Shown here piece after piece: positions 36,927-46,503 of a DNA stretch of 64,000 bases. Source of the DNA: an uncultured bacterium (GTDB lineage Bacteria; Hinthialibacterota; Hinthialibacteria; Hinthialibacterales; Hinthialibacteraceae). Where the stretch lies: assembly GCA_964517495.1 (NCBI GenBank), contig CAZFER010000015.1:6698-70697 (forward strand), written 5' to 3'. Made by a program: the position numbers and the translations under genes. Each line of letters starts with the position of its first letter. The stretch's first letter is position 1. Below the pieces are notes generated by a model, which was not told the DNA's origin, searched no databases, and worked only from the letters and a program-made list of their open reading frames with translations.

Positions 36927-38069
36927 TTATTGCTTAGACAAGATACGGATATTTTTCCAATAAGTATCCATTTCGTTTCCTTTATGGATTTGAAAAGCAA
37001 ACACGCCTTTTTGACGTTCAGGATCATGGTGTTCGATGGATTTGATGCCATTGATGAACAGTTCCACTTTAGGGCCAATGGCGGTGATTTCATAAGTATT
37101 CCAACCGTCCCAATCGATGATTTTGCTAAAATCCTGCTTGGGTTTGACCAAAACGCCTTGTTCGCTTTGATCATATAAATGGCCGTTGATCCAATCGCTG
37201 CCAGCGGCCAGGTCAGCTTGGAAACCGTGGATCATATCATCCACCTGCCAGCTACGAAATTGGATGCCGGAATTCCCTTCTTTCATTTTAAAATGGGTGA
37301 AGAAATGGAAATGGGAGTATTCATCTTGTGATACCAACCACCCATAACCACCACCTTTGGTTTTTCCATGTATTACACCGTCTTCCACTGTCCAGGTGGC
37401 ATCGCCCACTTGTTTCCACCCGCTAAAGTCTTTGCCATTGAAAAGAGACTGCCATTGCACATCACTGGGAACGGGTAATATCCGAATGTCGTCCCACTGC
37501 ATATGGCCTCCCTGTCCAGGCCCCATTTGCAAGGCGATAATGCCGCTTTTATCGCCTTCAGGGTCTTTCAAATCGACCGTTTTAATCCCGTTAACCCATA
37601 CGATGAGGTGATCACCGATGGCGGATATTTCATACTCATTCCATTGGCCTTTTTTAAAAAGTTTTTCGGCAGGCACTTTGTTTTCTTGCAACATTCCACG
37701 TCCATTTTCATCCAATAGAGCACCTGTGGCAAACGTTCTTCCTGGATCAAGATTAGCCTGATAGCCGATCATTTTTGTGCCTTCCAAGCGGCTGCGAACT
37801 TGAATACCACTATTACCCCCCCACCACTTAAAGCGGAGTTTAAGCACAAAATCGGTATAAGGCTTTTCGATAACAAGCCATCCCATTTCTTCACCGGTGG
37901 CTTTGGTTTCAATCATACCATCTTTCACTTTCCATTCTTGATCACCGATGATTTTCCACCCATCAAGGTTTTCCCCATTAAACAGAAATTCCCACCCTTG
38001 CGCACTAACCAATGATGGGCTTAATACCAAAACCGCTATGATCATAACCCAAATGCTTCTTTTTTTCAT
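36927..38069 (-). CDS. Secreted protein with two tandem DUF1080 (3-keto-disaccharide-hydrolase-like) domains
   Basis: The pattern is duplicated: WEFLFNGENLDGWK...GNSGIQVRS and WQSLFNGKDFSGWK...GNSGIQFRS...FAFQIH...WKNIRI. Confidence 0.85.
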   Translation of the reverse strand: MKKRSIWVMIIAVLVLSPSLVSAQGWEFLFNGENLDGWKIIGDQEWKVKDGMIETKATGEEMGWLVIEKPYTDFVLKLRFKWWGGNSGIQVRSRLEGTKMIGYQANLDPGRTFATGALLDENGRGMLQENKVPAEKLFKKGQWNEYEISAIGDHLIVWVNGIKTVDLKDPEGDKSGIIALQMGPGQGGHMQWDDIRILPVPSDVQWQSLFNGKDFSGWKQVGDATWTVEDGVIHGKTKGGGYGWLVSQDEYSHFHFFTHFKMKEGNSGIQFRSWQVDDMIHGFQADLAAGSDWINGHLYDQSEQGVLVKPKQDFSKIIDWDGWNTYEITAIGPKVELFINGIKSIEHHDPERQKGVFAFQIHKGNEMDTYWKNIRILSKQ

Positions 38070-38151
38070 TTAATCGGATCTCCTTTTATGAATATGAATT
38101 TCACAGACTTACTATCTCGAAAATAAAGGAATTTGGCAAGGCTTGGTGAAT

Positions 38152-39450
38152 CTATTCCCCGGCGGATAAATCCACACAAATAAGTTCTTTATCATTGCGG
38201 GCAAACACATGTTTATAAGCAAAGGCCGGATGAGACCAGCATATTTTGTAACGGCGCTGCACCAAATCTGTGGTGGGTTCAATCAATTTAGCCCGATCGA
38301 TTTCATGGAAGCCTTTTGGAGTCAATTGGCTGATAATTAATTCACCTAACTCGTTAAACATCCAGACCTTATCTCCATTCTGCACCATGTGGATGTTTGC
38401 CCAGCGTCCCTTGGGAACAGCGGTTAAATCCTCCCAAATACGCTCACCATTTTCTGCTTTCAGGCATCGCAATTCCCCATAACTATCAACACCATAAATA
38501 TAGTCTCCATCAACAATAGGAGTGCTAATAATCGAATGAAGACTAATCGTTCTGCGTTCGGTGGGCCCTTTTTTACGCCATATTTCTTCGACCTTAACAG
38601 CATCCTGTTTTAATTTGAGCATGAGGGAACCGTCATAAAAGGCACTGACAAATATACGGTTGCGATCAAAAACAGGTGTTGCCACATTAAGAACCATGCG
38701 CGAGGGCTTAAAGGGATGCGTCCAGTATACTTCCCCGCTTTCCGGATTAAGGCCCGAAACACTTTCTCCCGTCCAAACCACCAAAATACGTTTCCCCGCT
38801 TGATTGACGATGATCGGGGCGGAATAAGAGGCCTTATCATCCAAAGCACGCCAGATTTCCTCACCCGTTTTCTTATTCAACGCAATAACACACGCCCCAT
38901 CCGACCCTCCAACATGGAGAATCACCCGGTTCCCGTCCACCAAGGGTGAAGCGGAAATCCCCCAAATGGGAACTCGAAGCTCAAATTCCTTATTCAGGTC
39001 CTTTTCCCAAATCACCGTCCCTTTTGCTGCATCAAAACAATGAAAATAACCCATCGCACCCAATGCGTAAGCATAGCCATCGTTTATTGTCACCGAAGCA
39101 CGAGGGCCAAGTGGATAATCAATGCGATAAGAGCAAGGATAAGAGTGAGACCAAAGGCTATCACCGGTTTTCCAATCAAAACAATGCACCCGTTCCACTT
39201 CTTCCGGTTGTGTCACACGGTCCATGACATACACGCGTCCATTAGCGACGGTTGGACCACAATATCCGGCAGCAATAGGTGCCCTCCAACGTGATTCGAG
39301 TTTTGAGGAAGCAAATTCTTTGATGATTCCATTCTCGCTCCAAACTCCATCACGGCCAGGGCCGCGCCACTGGGGCCATTCTTCAGAATAGGCACCCATA
39401 ATGGGCAATAATAATACTGTTAGAAACATCGCCATCAATTTTAATCTCAT
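38152..39450 (-). CDS. Secreted PQQ-like/BamB-like beta-propeller repeat protein
   Basis: Signal peptide, EEWPQWRGPGRDGVW, and repeated hydrophobic-G-x-D/W blades. Confidence 0.8.
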   Translation of the reverse strand: MRLKLMAMFLTVLLLPIMGAYSEEWPQWRGPGRDGVWSENGIIKEFASSKLESRWRAPIAAGYCGPTVANGRVYVMDRVTQPEEVERVHCFDWKTGDSLWSHSYPCSYRIDYPLGPRASVTINDGYAYALGAMGYFHCFDAAKGTVIWEKDLNKEFELRVPIWGISASPLVDGNRVILHVGGSDGACVIALNKKTGEEIWRALDDKASYSAPIIVNQAGKRILVVWTGESVSGLNPESGEVYWTHPFKPSRMVLNVATPVFDRNRIFVSAFYDGSLMLKLKQDAVKVEEIWRKKGPTERRTISLHSIISTPIVDGDYIYGVDSYGELRCLKAENGERIWEDLTAVPKGRWANIHMVQNGDKVWMFNELGELIISQLTPKGFHEIDRAKLIEPTTDLVQRRYKICWSHPAFAYKHVFARNDKELICVDLSAGE

Positions 39451-39530
39451 TTATATTTCCTTTCATATTTATGAATATTTAACAAAATTTAATCATTGTA
39501 TCGTAAGATGCTTCAAATCAGGAATAAAGA

Positions 39531-39555
39531 GTAGGGCAGGTTTAAAACCTGCCCT
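39531..39555. repeat. GTAGGG-type GC-rich hairpin
   Basis: gtagggcaggt-ttaaa-acctgccct has a 9-bp stem. A related half-element, cgggttataaacccgcccctac, lies at 39612-39634. Confidence 0.5.
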
Positions 39556-39835
39556 GTTTGATGCCTCCCCTGATTGAAACCGGAACGCATTGTAAAACAG
39601 GATGATTATGAACGGGTTATAAACCCGCCCCTACGAAAGGTATAAACGAAATGCAAATCATTCATGCTTTTTTAGAGTGCAATCCTAGTGCAATAGGTGG
39701 GATGTGTTGTAAAATAGGAATGAAGGAAATGTACTACTTCCAAAACCTTAACTTTCGTTGAAGGTGGAAGCCTAAATACACCCCCATCCTTCAAAACGAA
39801 TCCTATATAAAACCAGTTTGGAAAGGCGAACTTGG

Positions 39836-40858
39836 ATGGTTCGTGGTGCCAAAGAAAAACCCAAAATTACCGGCCGTAAAAAAGCCGCTATCCTGATGAT
39901 CTCACTGGGGCCGGATATCGCCGCCGATGTATATCGTTGTTTATCGGATGATGAGATAGAACAGATTACCTTGGAAGTCGCCAACTTGGGTGCCGTCCCG
40001 GAAGAATTAACCTCCCAGGTCATCGAAGAGTTTTACCATACCGCGATGGCCAAACAATATATCGCTCATGGAGGTATTTCTACCGCCCGGGAAATTCTCG
40101 AAAAAGCCCTGGGGCCGGCCAAAGCGATGGAGATCATCGAGCGATTACAAGGTATGTTGCAGGGGACTCCGTTTGACTTTTTGAAGAAAGTCGACCCAAA
40201 TCATCTACTGAATTTTATCCAAAGTGAACACCCCCAAACGGTTGCCTTGATCCTTGCCCATTTGGAATATGATCAATCCGCAGTGATCATGTCAGCCCTG
40301 GCACCCGACATGCAAACCGAAGTCGCCCTGCGTATCGCCACCATGGACCAGACCTCTCCGGAAATCATATCAGAGGTTGAACGAGTATTAGAACGAAAAA
40401 TCGCAACTGTGCTATCTCAGGAATTCTCGGTGGCAGGAGGTATTGAAGCATTGGCGGAACTACTAAACCGTGTGGATCGGGCTACTGAAAAATCTATCCT
40501 GGAAACTCTCGAAGAAGAAAACCAGGAGTTGGCGGTCGAGATCAAAAAACTGATGTTTACCTTCGATGACGTCATCTTGCTGGATGATCGTGCCATTCAA
40601 CAGGTTCTGCGTGAAGTGGATATGAAAGAACTGGCCGTAGCGCTAAAAGGAGCCAATGAGGAAGTTCGTACGAAAATATTCAACAATGTTTCCAGCCGCG
40701 CGGCGGATAACATTCGGGATGATATGGAATTTATGGGTCCCGTACGTGTGAAACAAGTTGAAGAAGCACAGCAAAAAATCGTGGCGATTATTCGCCGCCT
40801 GGAAGAGTCAGGTGAGATCATCATTAACCGCGGAGGGGAAGAAGAACTAATGGCGTGA
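39836..40858 (+). CDS. fliG: Flagellar motor switch protein FliG (full length, solitary)
   Basis: KKAAILMISLGPDIAADVYRCLSDDEIEQITLEV, EHPQTVALILAHL, MFTFDDV, and NVSSRAADNIRDDMEFMGPVRVKQVEEAQQKIV...GEI. Confidence 0.9.
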   Translation: MVRGAKEKPKITGRKKAAILMISLGPDIAADVYRCLSDDEIEQITLEVANLGAVPEELTSQVIEEFYHTAMAKQYIAHGGISTAREILEKALGPAKAMEIIERLQGMLQGTPFDFLKKVDPNHLLNFIQSEHPQTVALILAHLEYDQSAVIMSALAPDMQTEVALRIATMDQTSPEIISEVERVLERKIATVLSQEFSVAGGIEALAELLNRVDRATEKSILETLEEENQELAVEIKKLMFTFDDVILLDDRAIQQVLREVDMKELAVALKGANEEVRTKIFNNVSSRAADNIRDDMEFMGPVRVKQVEEAQQKIVAIIRRLEESGEIIINRGGEEELMA

Positions 40859-41016
40859 TGATTTATACTCGGGATGAAATTAAATTTGGATTTAGCCCCA
40901 AAAACTTTCGTTACGATTGTCTATATAAGATTTATTCCCCTTCGAGGCCAACCATGTCTCGATATAATTCGAATTGAAGCCAATCAAACGATGAGTAAAA
41001 CCAACTGGGTGGACGA

Positions 41017-41985
41017 ATGAATCAAAAGGGTAATCACATCGAAACAGAGCACACAAATCCAAACCTCTCCATCATCGTTCCCGCTAAAAATGAGCGGGAG
41101 ACTCTGCAACCCCTTTACGAAGAAATCTGCAATACACTCGATCCATTGGGTGAAGATTTTGAAATAGTATATATCGATGACGGCAGTGTGGATGATTCAT
41201 TCGAAGTCCTGCGCGCCCTCCATGAAAAGGATAAACGGGTTCGAGCGTTGCGATTTCGTACCAATTACGGCAAGTCACCGGCCTTGGCGGCAGGTTTCGA
41301 AGCGGCACGGGGCAATATTGTCTTGACCATCGACGCCGATCTTCAGGATGATCCCAAAGAAATCCCTCATTTGTTGGAAAAACTGGGGGAAGGATATGAT
41401 CTGGTTTCCGGTTGGAAGAAAAACCGTAATGACCCGATCTCTCGCCGGTTGTTTTCCAAAGTCTTTAATAAAGTGGTGGCCCGGGCCAGCGGAATTCCCC
41501 TCCATGATTTCAATTGCGGTTTAAAGTGCTACCGGCGTGAAGTATTTGATCATGTGCGTTTATATGGTGAAATGCACCGGTTTGTACCGGTCATCGCAGG
41601 TTGGTATGGCTTTAAGATCGCAGAAATCCCCGTTACTCACCACCCACGCCGTTATGGCCGCAGTAAGTTTGGCAGTGAACGTATATTGCGTGGATTCCTT
41701 GATTTTGCTACGGTTATGTTCTTTACCCGCTACGTTCAACGCCCATCTCACCTTTTCGGAAGAATTGGGTTGACTGTTGGGTTATTTAGCTCTTTAGCAT
41801 TCCTGGTCAGCCTCTTTTTTTTATGGTATTCTAGTTACTCAATGGGAGGAATCGCGCTTGCTATTGGAATATTTTTAATGCTAATGGGATTTCAATCCAT
41901 TTTTTTGGGGTTAGTGGCCGAAATGCTAACCTTTTTACATCGTCGTGAAGAACCTCCCTACTTTGTTAATGAAAGTTTGGGATAA
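41017..41985 (+). CDS. GT2-family polyprenyl-phosphate glycosyltransferase (ArnC/GtrB/DPM1-like)
   Basis: LSIIVPAKNE, IVYIDDGSVDDS, RTNYGKSPALAAGF, IDADLQDDP, and two C-terminal TM helices. Confidence 0.85.
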   Translation: MNQKGNHIETEHTNPNLSIIVPAKNERETLQPLYEEICNTLDPLGEDFEIVYIDDGSVDDSFEVLRALHEKDKRVRALRFRTNYGKSPALAAGFEAARGNIVLTIDADLQDDPKEIPHLLEKLGEGYDLVSGWKKNRNDPISRRLFSKVFNKVVARASGIPLHDFNCGLKCYRREVFDHVRLYGEMHRFVPVIAGWYGFKIAEIPVTHHPRRYGRSKFGSERILRGFLDFATVMFFTRYVQRPSHLFGRIGLTVGLFSSLAFLVSLFFLWYSSYSMGGIALAIGIFLMLMGFQSIFLGLVAEMLTFLHRREEPPYFVNESLG

Positions 41986-44075
41986 TGGGAAACACGAACA
42001 AGAAAAAAACCTTTCTCGTCATTTTATTTGTTGTTTTACTCACATCGGTTCCATTTTTGAACAAGGCCTACCACATCGACGATACCGTCGTCCTGCATGT
42101 CACCCAAGTCATCCTTGAACATCCCCTTGATCCATTCTACGGTGACATCGATTGGTTCGGATATGTGGGCCCCTTATGGGAGACAACCACCAACCCTCCC
42201 TTTTTGAGTTATTATCTGGCGCCATTTGCCTCGATCTTTGATTTCTCGGAAATTGCACTGCATAGCGCCATGATCCTGTTTCTTTTGCTGATGGCTTGGG
42301 GAATGGTGCGCTTATCCGAGCGATTTACCCAAAGCACCTACTGGCCGATGTTGTTTGTGATGACCAGCTGCGGGGTAATTGTGTCCGGTAATCTCATGCG
42401 GGATGTACCGGCGGCAGGTTTGGCTACCGCCGCCTTGGCGTTATATGTACTGGGGACGGATAGAAACAAATGGTTTTATCTGTTTTTAGGATCGGTTTTG
42501 GCCGGATTGGCGGTTTTGACGAAATATTCGGCCATTATTATTCTTCCACTCTTCATCATCTATCCGTTCTTGCACCGTAAATATCGCTATATGTTTTGGA
42601 TATGGCCAATGGTCCTTATTTTTGGCCTGTGGTGTTTGCATAATCATTTGTATTACGGCACAGTCCATGTTTATTACTTGCTATTTGAACGTACAGAACA
42701 ATCCGGAATTCCGAATTTGGACAAATTTTTCGGTGTCTTCATTATTGTAGGCAGCCTTCTCTATCTAATGCCCGCTCTGCTGTACCACTATATCAAGCGA
42801 AAGCAAACATGGGTATTCGGTTTGGCTTTTGTGGGTATTGCTTTGCTTCGCTGGCATTACAAAATTGCCTACCATCATGATCTTCATTTCTTTTTCACAA
42901 CATTTGGTGTGATGGGAGCCGCTATTATAGTGGTGTATCTCATAAAAGGCCTTCAAAATCTTTGTATTTATGTTGGACAGAACATTGTTCGGCTCATCCT
43001 GCAAATCATCGCACTGGCCATCATTATTGCAGGCATTTGGGGATATTGTATCTACCTTTATGAAGGGCCTTTCCACTTTGAGCATTATTTGCTCATGGTG
43101 GTGGCTGCTGTATTAATCATTTTATGTTTCTTGAAGGAAATAACAACCTTGGGGTGGGCCATACTATCCCGAATCGAAAACTGGCTGCCCCAGTTGATTC
43201 ACATCGCCCTTCTTATAACAACCCTCTGGGGAATGCATATCTTTTATAAAGGCCGTCCCACTATTGAGTTTTATTTCTGGGCGGTTACCGGCTTTAGTTT
43301 GTTGCTTTTCTGCCTTTATGAAGGATTGCGGCATGGCATTGTTTATGTAAAAACGTTCAAAGATAAAGAAGCGGCTGATTCGCTCTTTTTATTCGCCTGG
43401 TTATGTGCACCGGTGATATTCAGTAGTATCTTTGTTCCCTTTCAGGCCGTCCGGCATTTAATTTTAGCTTTACCCCCTCTCACGTTGCTGGCCATGCGTT
43501 ATCTGGAGCGCGAACCTCTTTTGCAACTGAATGTGCGTAAAAAATGGCTTGGCAGTTTGTTGGTCATTCAAACGGTGATGGCTTTCCTGATTCAAATCGC
43601 CGATATGGAATACGCTAGCACCTATCGCGACTTTGCCCGGTATGCCAAAGCCAACTGGACTTCAGAAGACTATGACACATGGTATGTTGGCGCCTGGGGT
43701 TTTAAATTCTACACCGATGAAGCAGGCTTCAAACAAGTTTCGCGCAACCGTGAATTTCCCAAAGAAGGTGATATCCTGCTCTGGCCAAAACACCTTCTTA
43801 TTGGTTATGCCTTCCATGACCATGGTGACTTTGTAAATGCCTTGGATGAGCCAGTGGATCAGGTTGTTTATGAAGGACTCATCCCCATTCGTACCATGAA
43901 CTCCATGAGCGGGCATAGAATCAAGCGATATGCAGGTTTTTATGCTTATGTCAGTTGCTTTGGCAGAATTGTGATACCCTATCGATTGTGTGAAGATTAT
44001 GTTCATGAAGTAGGCAATGTGTTTAAAGTCAATGCTGAAGCTGCAGCGGCTGAAGTATCGAATTCAAACGAATGA
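41985..44075 (+). CDS. GT-C fold membrane glycosyltransferase (GT39/ArnT/PMT_2-like)
   Basis: 696 aa with more than 12 TM helices. An acidic first-loop motif (YHIDDT) is present. The start overlaps the GT2 stop (TAATG). Confidence 0.65.
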   Translation: MGNTNKKKTFLVILFVVLLTSVPFLNKAYHIDDTVVLHVTQVILEHPLDPFYGDIDWFGYVGPLWETTTNPPFLSYYLAPFASIFDFSEIALHSAMILFLLLMAWGMVRLSERFTQSTYWPMLFVMTSCGVIVSGNLMRDVPAAGLATAALALYVLGTDRNKWFYLFLGSVLAGLAVLTKYSAIIILPLFIIYPFLHRKYRYMFWIWPMVLIFGLWCLHNHLYYGTVHVYYLLFERTEQSGIPNLDKFFGVFIIVGSLLYLMPALLYHYIKRKQTWVFGLAFVGIALLRWHYKIAYHHDLHFFFTTFGVMGAAIIVVYLIKGLQNLCIYVGQNIVRLILQIIALAIIIAGIWGYCIYLYEGPFHFEHYLLMVVAAVLIILCFLKEITTLGWAILSRIENWLPQLIHIALLITTLWGMHIFYKGRPTIEFYFWAVTGFSLLLFCLYEGLRHGIVYVKTFKDKEAADSLFLFAWLCAPVIFSSIFVPFQAVRHLILALPPLTLLAMRYLEREPLLQLNVRKKWLGSLLVIQTVMAFLIQIADMEYASTYRDFARYAKANWTSEDYDTWYVGAWGFKFYTDEAGFKQVSRNREFPKEGDILLWPKHLLIGYAFHDHGDFVNALDEPVDQVVYEGLIPIRTMNSMSGHRIKRYAGFYAYVSCFGRIVIPYRLCEDYVHEVGNVFKVNAEAAAAEVSNSNE

Positions 44076-44257
44076 ATTCAATGAGTGATTGAGCATTAAA
44101 GAACATGTTTTGGGAATGATTTATTCATTCCCATTTCTTTTTTCTATGGGTAAAAACACATTAAACTTATACATTTTTTTATAAGGTTATGCTATACTTT
44201 TGAGAAGTCTATGGATAATTTCTATTTGGAAGGATGCTAAAGGCAAAACAAATAATA

Positions 44258-44390
44258 GTAAGTAATTGGTCAGCCATTGGAATTTCCATTCCCCTCCCAA
44301 GATTGAGAGGGGCTAGGGGAGGGTTGATTATAAAACGTAAAGTAAAATCCTTTAACCCCCTCCTAACCTCCCCCATTTCAATGGAGGAGG
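44258..44390 (+). repeat. Copy B of the ~130-nt two-hairpin intergenic repeat
   Basis: gtaagtaattggtcagccattggaatttccattcccctcccaagattgagaggggctaggggagggttgat...cctttaaccccctcctaacctcccccatttcaatggaggagg. Confidence 0.75.
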
Positions 44391-44473
44391 AAAAGAAAAG
44401 TCAATCCAATTATTTTCCACTGTGTATGGCAGGACCCACTTTAATAGTAATATAAATCCAGGATTTAGAACTC

Positions 44474-46441
44474 ATGATACGACTTCCATTTTGTTCAAAA
44501 GCACCATATTTTCTTCTCAGTTTTTTGTGTTTTGTTTCTATTGGCTGTCAGACAACTCCCAACAACAATCAATCCACTCAAGGGCCATCTCCTCAGCCCC
44601 CCCAAAAAGAGACGGTTCACGAGAACATTACATTCCAATATAACGATGTACAAAACACCGATAAAAAAACACAGCAATCCACCACTTGGGATATTCATGT
44701 GATTGAATTCAGTGACAACGAATTTCCTTTGATGGCACTAACATTTAATGTTCAAGTGCCAAAAAACATTTCTTCATTCACCTTACGCAAAGACCATATT
44801 GAGTTTGATCATGAACCCAAAACCTATTCTTTTCCGTTTGAACCCATGAAAGAACGGAAAATGCTGACTCAATATTTTGAAAACGCTCCAATTAATGAAA
44901 CAGGAATTGTCTCACTGCAAACTTCCGATTCACATAACCCATCAATTTATCGATTGACTTGGTTTGATACCAGCTGGGTCGATCATACGAATGAGCGAAC
45001 TTACCATATCAACATACATTTACCCGAAAAAACATTCAATCAATCGTTCAAAGTCACACCTTCTGAAGAGACACTTAAACAATTGCAAGAAAAAGAATTC
45101 ACAGCAGCGATTGAATGTATAGAAGAAGAAGGTCAATCAGATAAAGTCATTCGTACCTTACGCACCCGCTATCCCCAGGAAAAATTAGAACCATTTTATG
45201 TTGGCTTCCACAACACGATTGTCAGCCCCATATTACAGAATAATCCTAAAAAAGCATTAGAACACTTACAATCCATTGAATCGATTTACAGCGATAAAAC
45301 ACAATGGCAGTCACGCTTTAAGAACGATTATGAAACAGTGGGGAACTCATATTTTCAGAAAGACCAATTTAAAAACGCCATATCCTACTACAGAAAAGCA
45401 TTAAATTATGAAGAGGATACCTCAATCCGCCAAAAAATATTGGATTGTCAATTAAGAGAATTTCGATTCAAAGACGCACAGCAAACCGCCGGGAAACTTC
45501 CGGATGAGAGTCATCTGTTATTCAAAAAAGCCATTGCCTTCGAAGGCTCGCTTAATTTTCTTCAGGCTGAATCTTTTATCAAAAAACTCTTCAAAAACCA
45601 CCCCCCTGAAAAAACCCATTGGTCTCATCTGGCTTTGTTATGGAAAGGGGTATGGTATGGAGGAACCGCTCAAATCCTCGCCTATCTTCTTCCGGATTTA
45701 AACCAACCCAATGAGTTTATGGAAATAACAAAGCACCTTGCGCTAAATGAAGATTATCGTTGGGTGGGATGGATCAACAGGGACAAGCAAATCCAATATG
45801 CCAGTGACTTGTCCATACAGGGGGTTACTGTTGCAACAATTCATCCTTCCCTCACTCACCTGAATTTCGCAGAACTGAACAATCCGGTTTTTACTCAATG
45901 GAGCGAGGAAAATCTCCATAAAGGTCTTGTACTTGTCCCATCTCAATTTAATGATGAATCCGTTGTCCTCGCCTTGTGTTTTGACAGCCGATTAGTTGGA
46001 TTGTCGGAGAAAAAATCCTTTCAATCCATTCAACAGTTTCCAAATAATGACAAACTTTGGATTCAATTCAAAAATGAAATAACCAATCGCTGTGGTGGCG
46101 CCATGACCAAAACAATTGGGGCCGTGTTAAAGAAAAAAGATTTAAGTCACCAAACATGGATTGAATCTGCAAAACATATATCAGCATTTTTACCCCAAAA
46201 CCTGGTTTCTTACACAATCCTGGCCGGGCGCAAATCGCCTGATGGGCCTATTCAAATAATTCACGTTGAACCCAAGGATGTTCCCGATTCAATCGTCAAC
46301 CTGAATCGAGCTAACAGCAATCCTTTCTTTCTATATGAAAATCGAACATGGGATGAAAAGGAATTGATTGAGATGGTGACCGCCATTTATGCGGGGGATA
46401 AATGGTTAGGCGTCCACCGCGCAGGCTACTCATGGGAGTAA
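44474..46441 (+). CDS. Hypothetical lipoprotein with TPR-like segment (first gene of the signalling operon)
   Basis: Lipobox (FVSIGCQ). TPR-like stretch (GNSYFQKDQFKNAISYYRKALNYEED). No family recognised. Confidence 0.45.
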   Translation: MIRLPFCSKAPYFLLSFLCFVSIGCQTTPNNNQSTQGPSPQPPQKETVHENITFQYNDVQNTDKKTQQSTTWDIHVIEFSDNEFPLMALTFNVQVPKNISSFTLRKDHIEFDHEPKTYSFPFEPMKERKMLTQYFENAPINETGIVSLQTSDSHNPSIYRLTWFDTSWVDHTNERTYHINIHLPEKTFNQSFKVTPSEETLKQLQEKEFTAAIECIEEEGQSDKVIRTLRTRYPQEKLEPFYVGFHNTIVSPILQNNPKKALEHLQSIESIYSDKTQWQSRFKNDYETVGNSYFQKDQFKNAISYYRKALNYEEDTSIRQKILDCQLREFRFKDAQQTAGKLPDESHLLFKKAIAFEGSLNFLQAESFIKKLFKNHPPEKTHWSHLALLWKGVWYGGTAQILAYLLPDLNQPNEFMEITKHLALNEDYRWVGWINRDKQIQYASDLSIQGVTVATIHPSLTHLNFAELNNPVFTQWSEENLHKGLVLVPSQFNDESVVLALCFDSRLVGLSEKKSFQSIQQFPNNDKLWIQFKNEITNRCGGAMTKTIGAVLKKKDLSHQTWIESAKHISAFLPQNLVSYTILAGRKSPDGPIQIIHVEPKDVPDSIVNLNRANSNPFFLYENRTWDEKELIEMVTAIYAGDKWLGVHRAGYSWE

Positions 46442-46503
46442 CTTATAATCGAATTTCAAGCTAATATATCAGTATAATTTCAACAACTCAAAAGGAGTGA
46501 GTC

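Noticed and set aside
44234-44455. 73-aa ORF, and the similar 65-aa ORF at 56498-56695, sharing a conserved peptide (IPLPR.R.ARGGLI...SFNP.LT.PIS)
   Set aside because: Both are translations of the dispersed repeat. Copy A occurs in the opposite orientation and copy C has an indel that breaks the frame, so the conservation is at the nucleotide or structure level rather than protein-coding.
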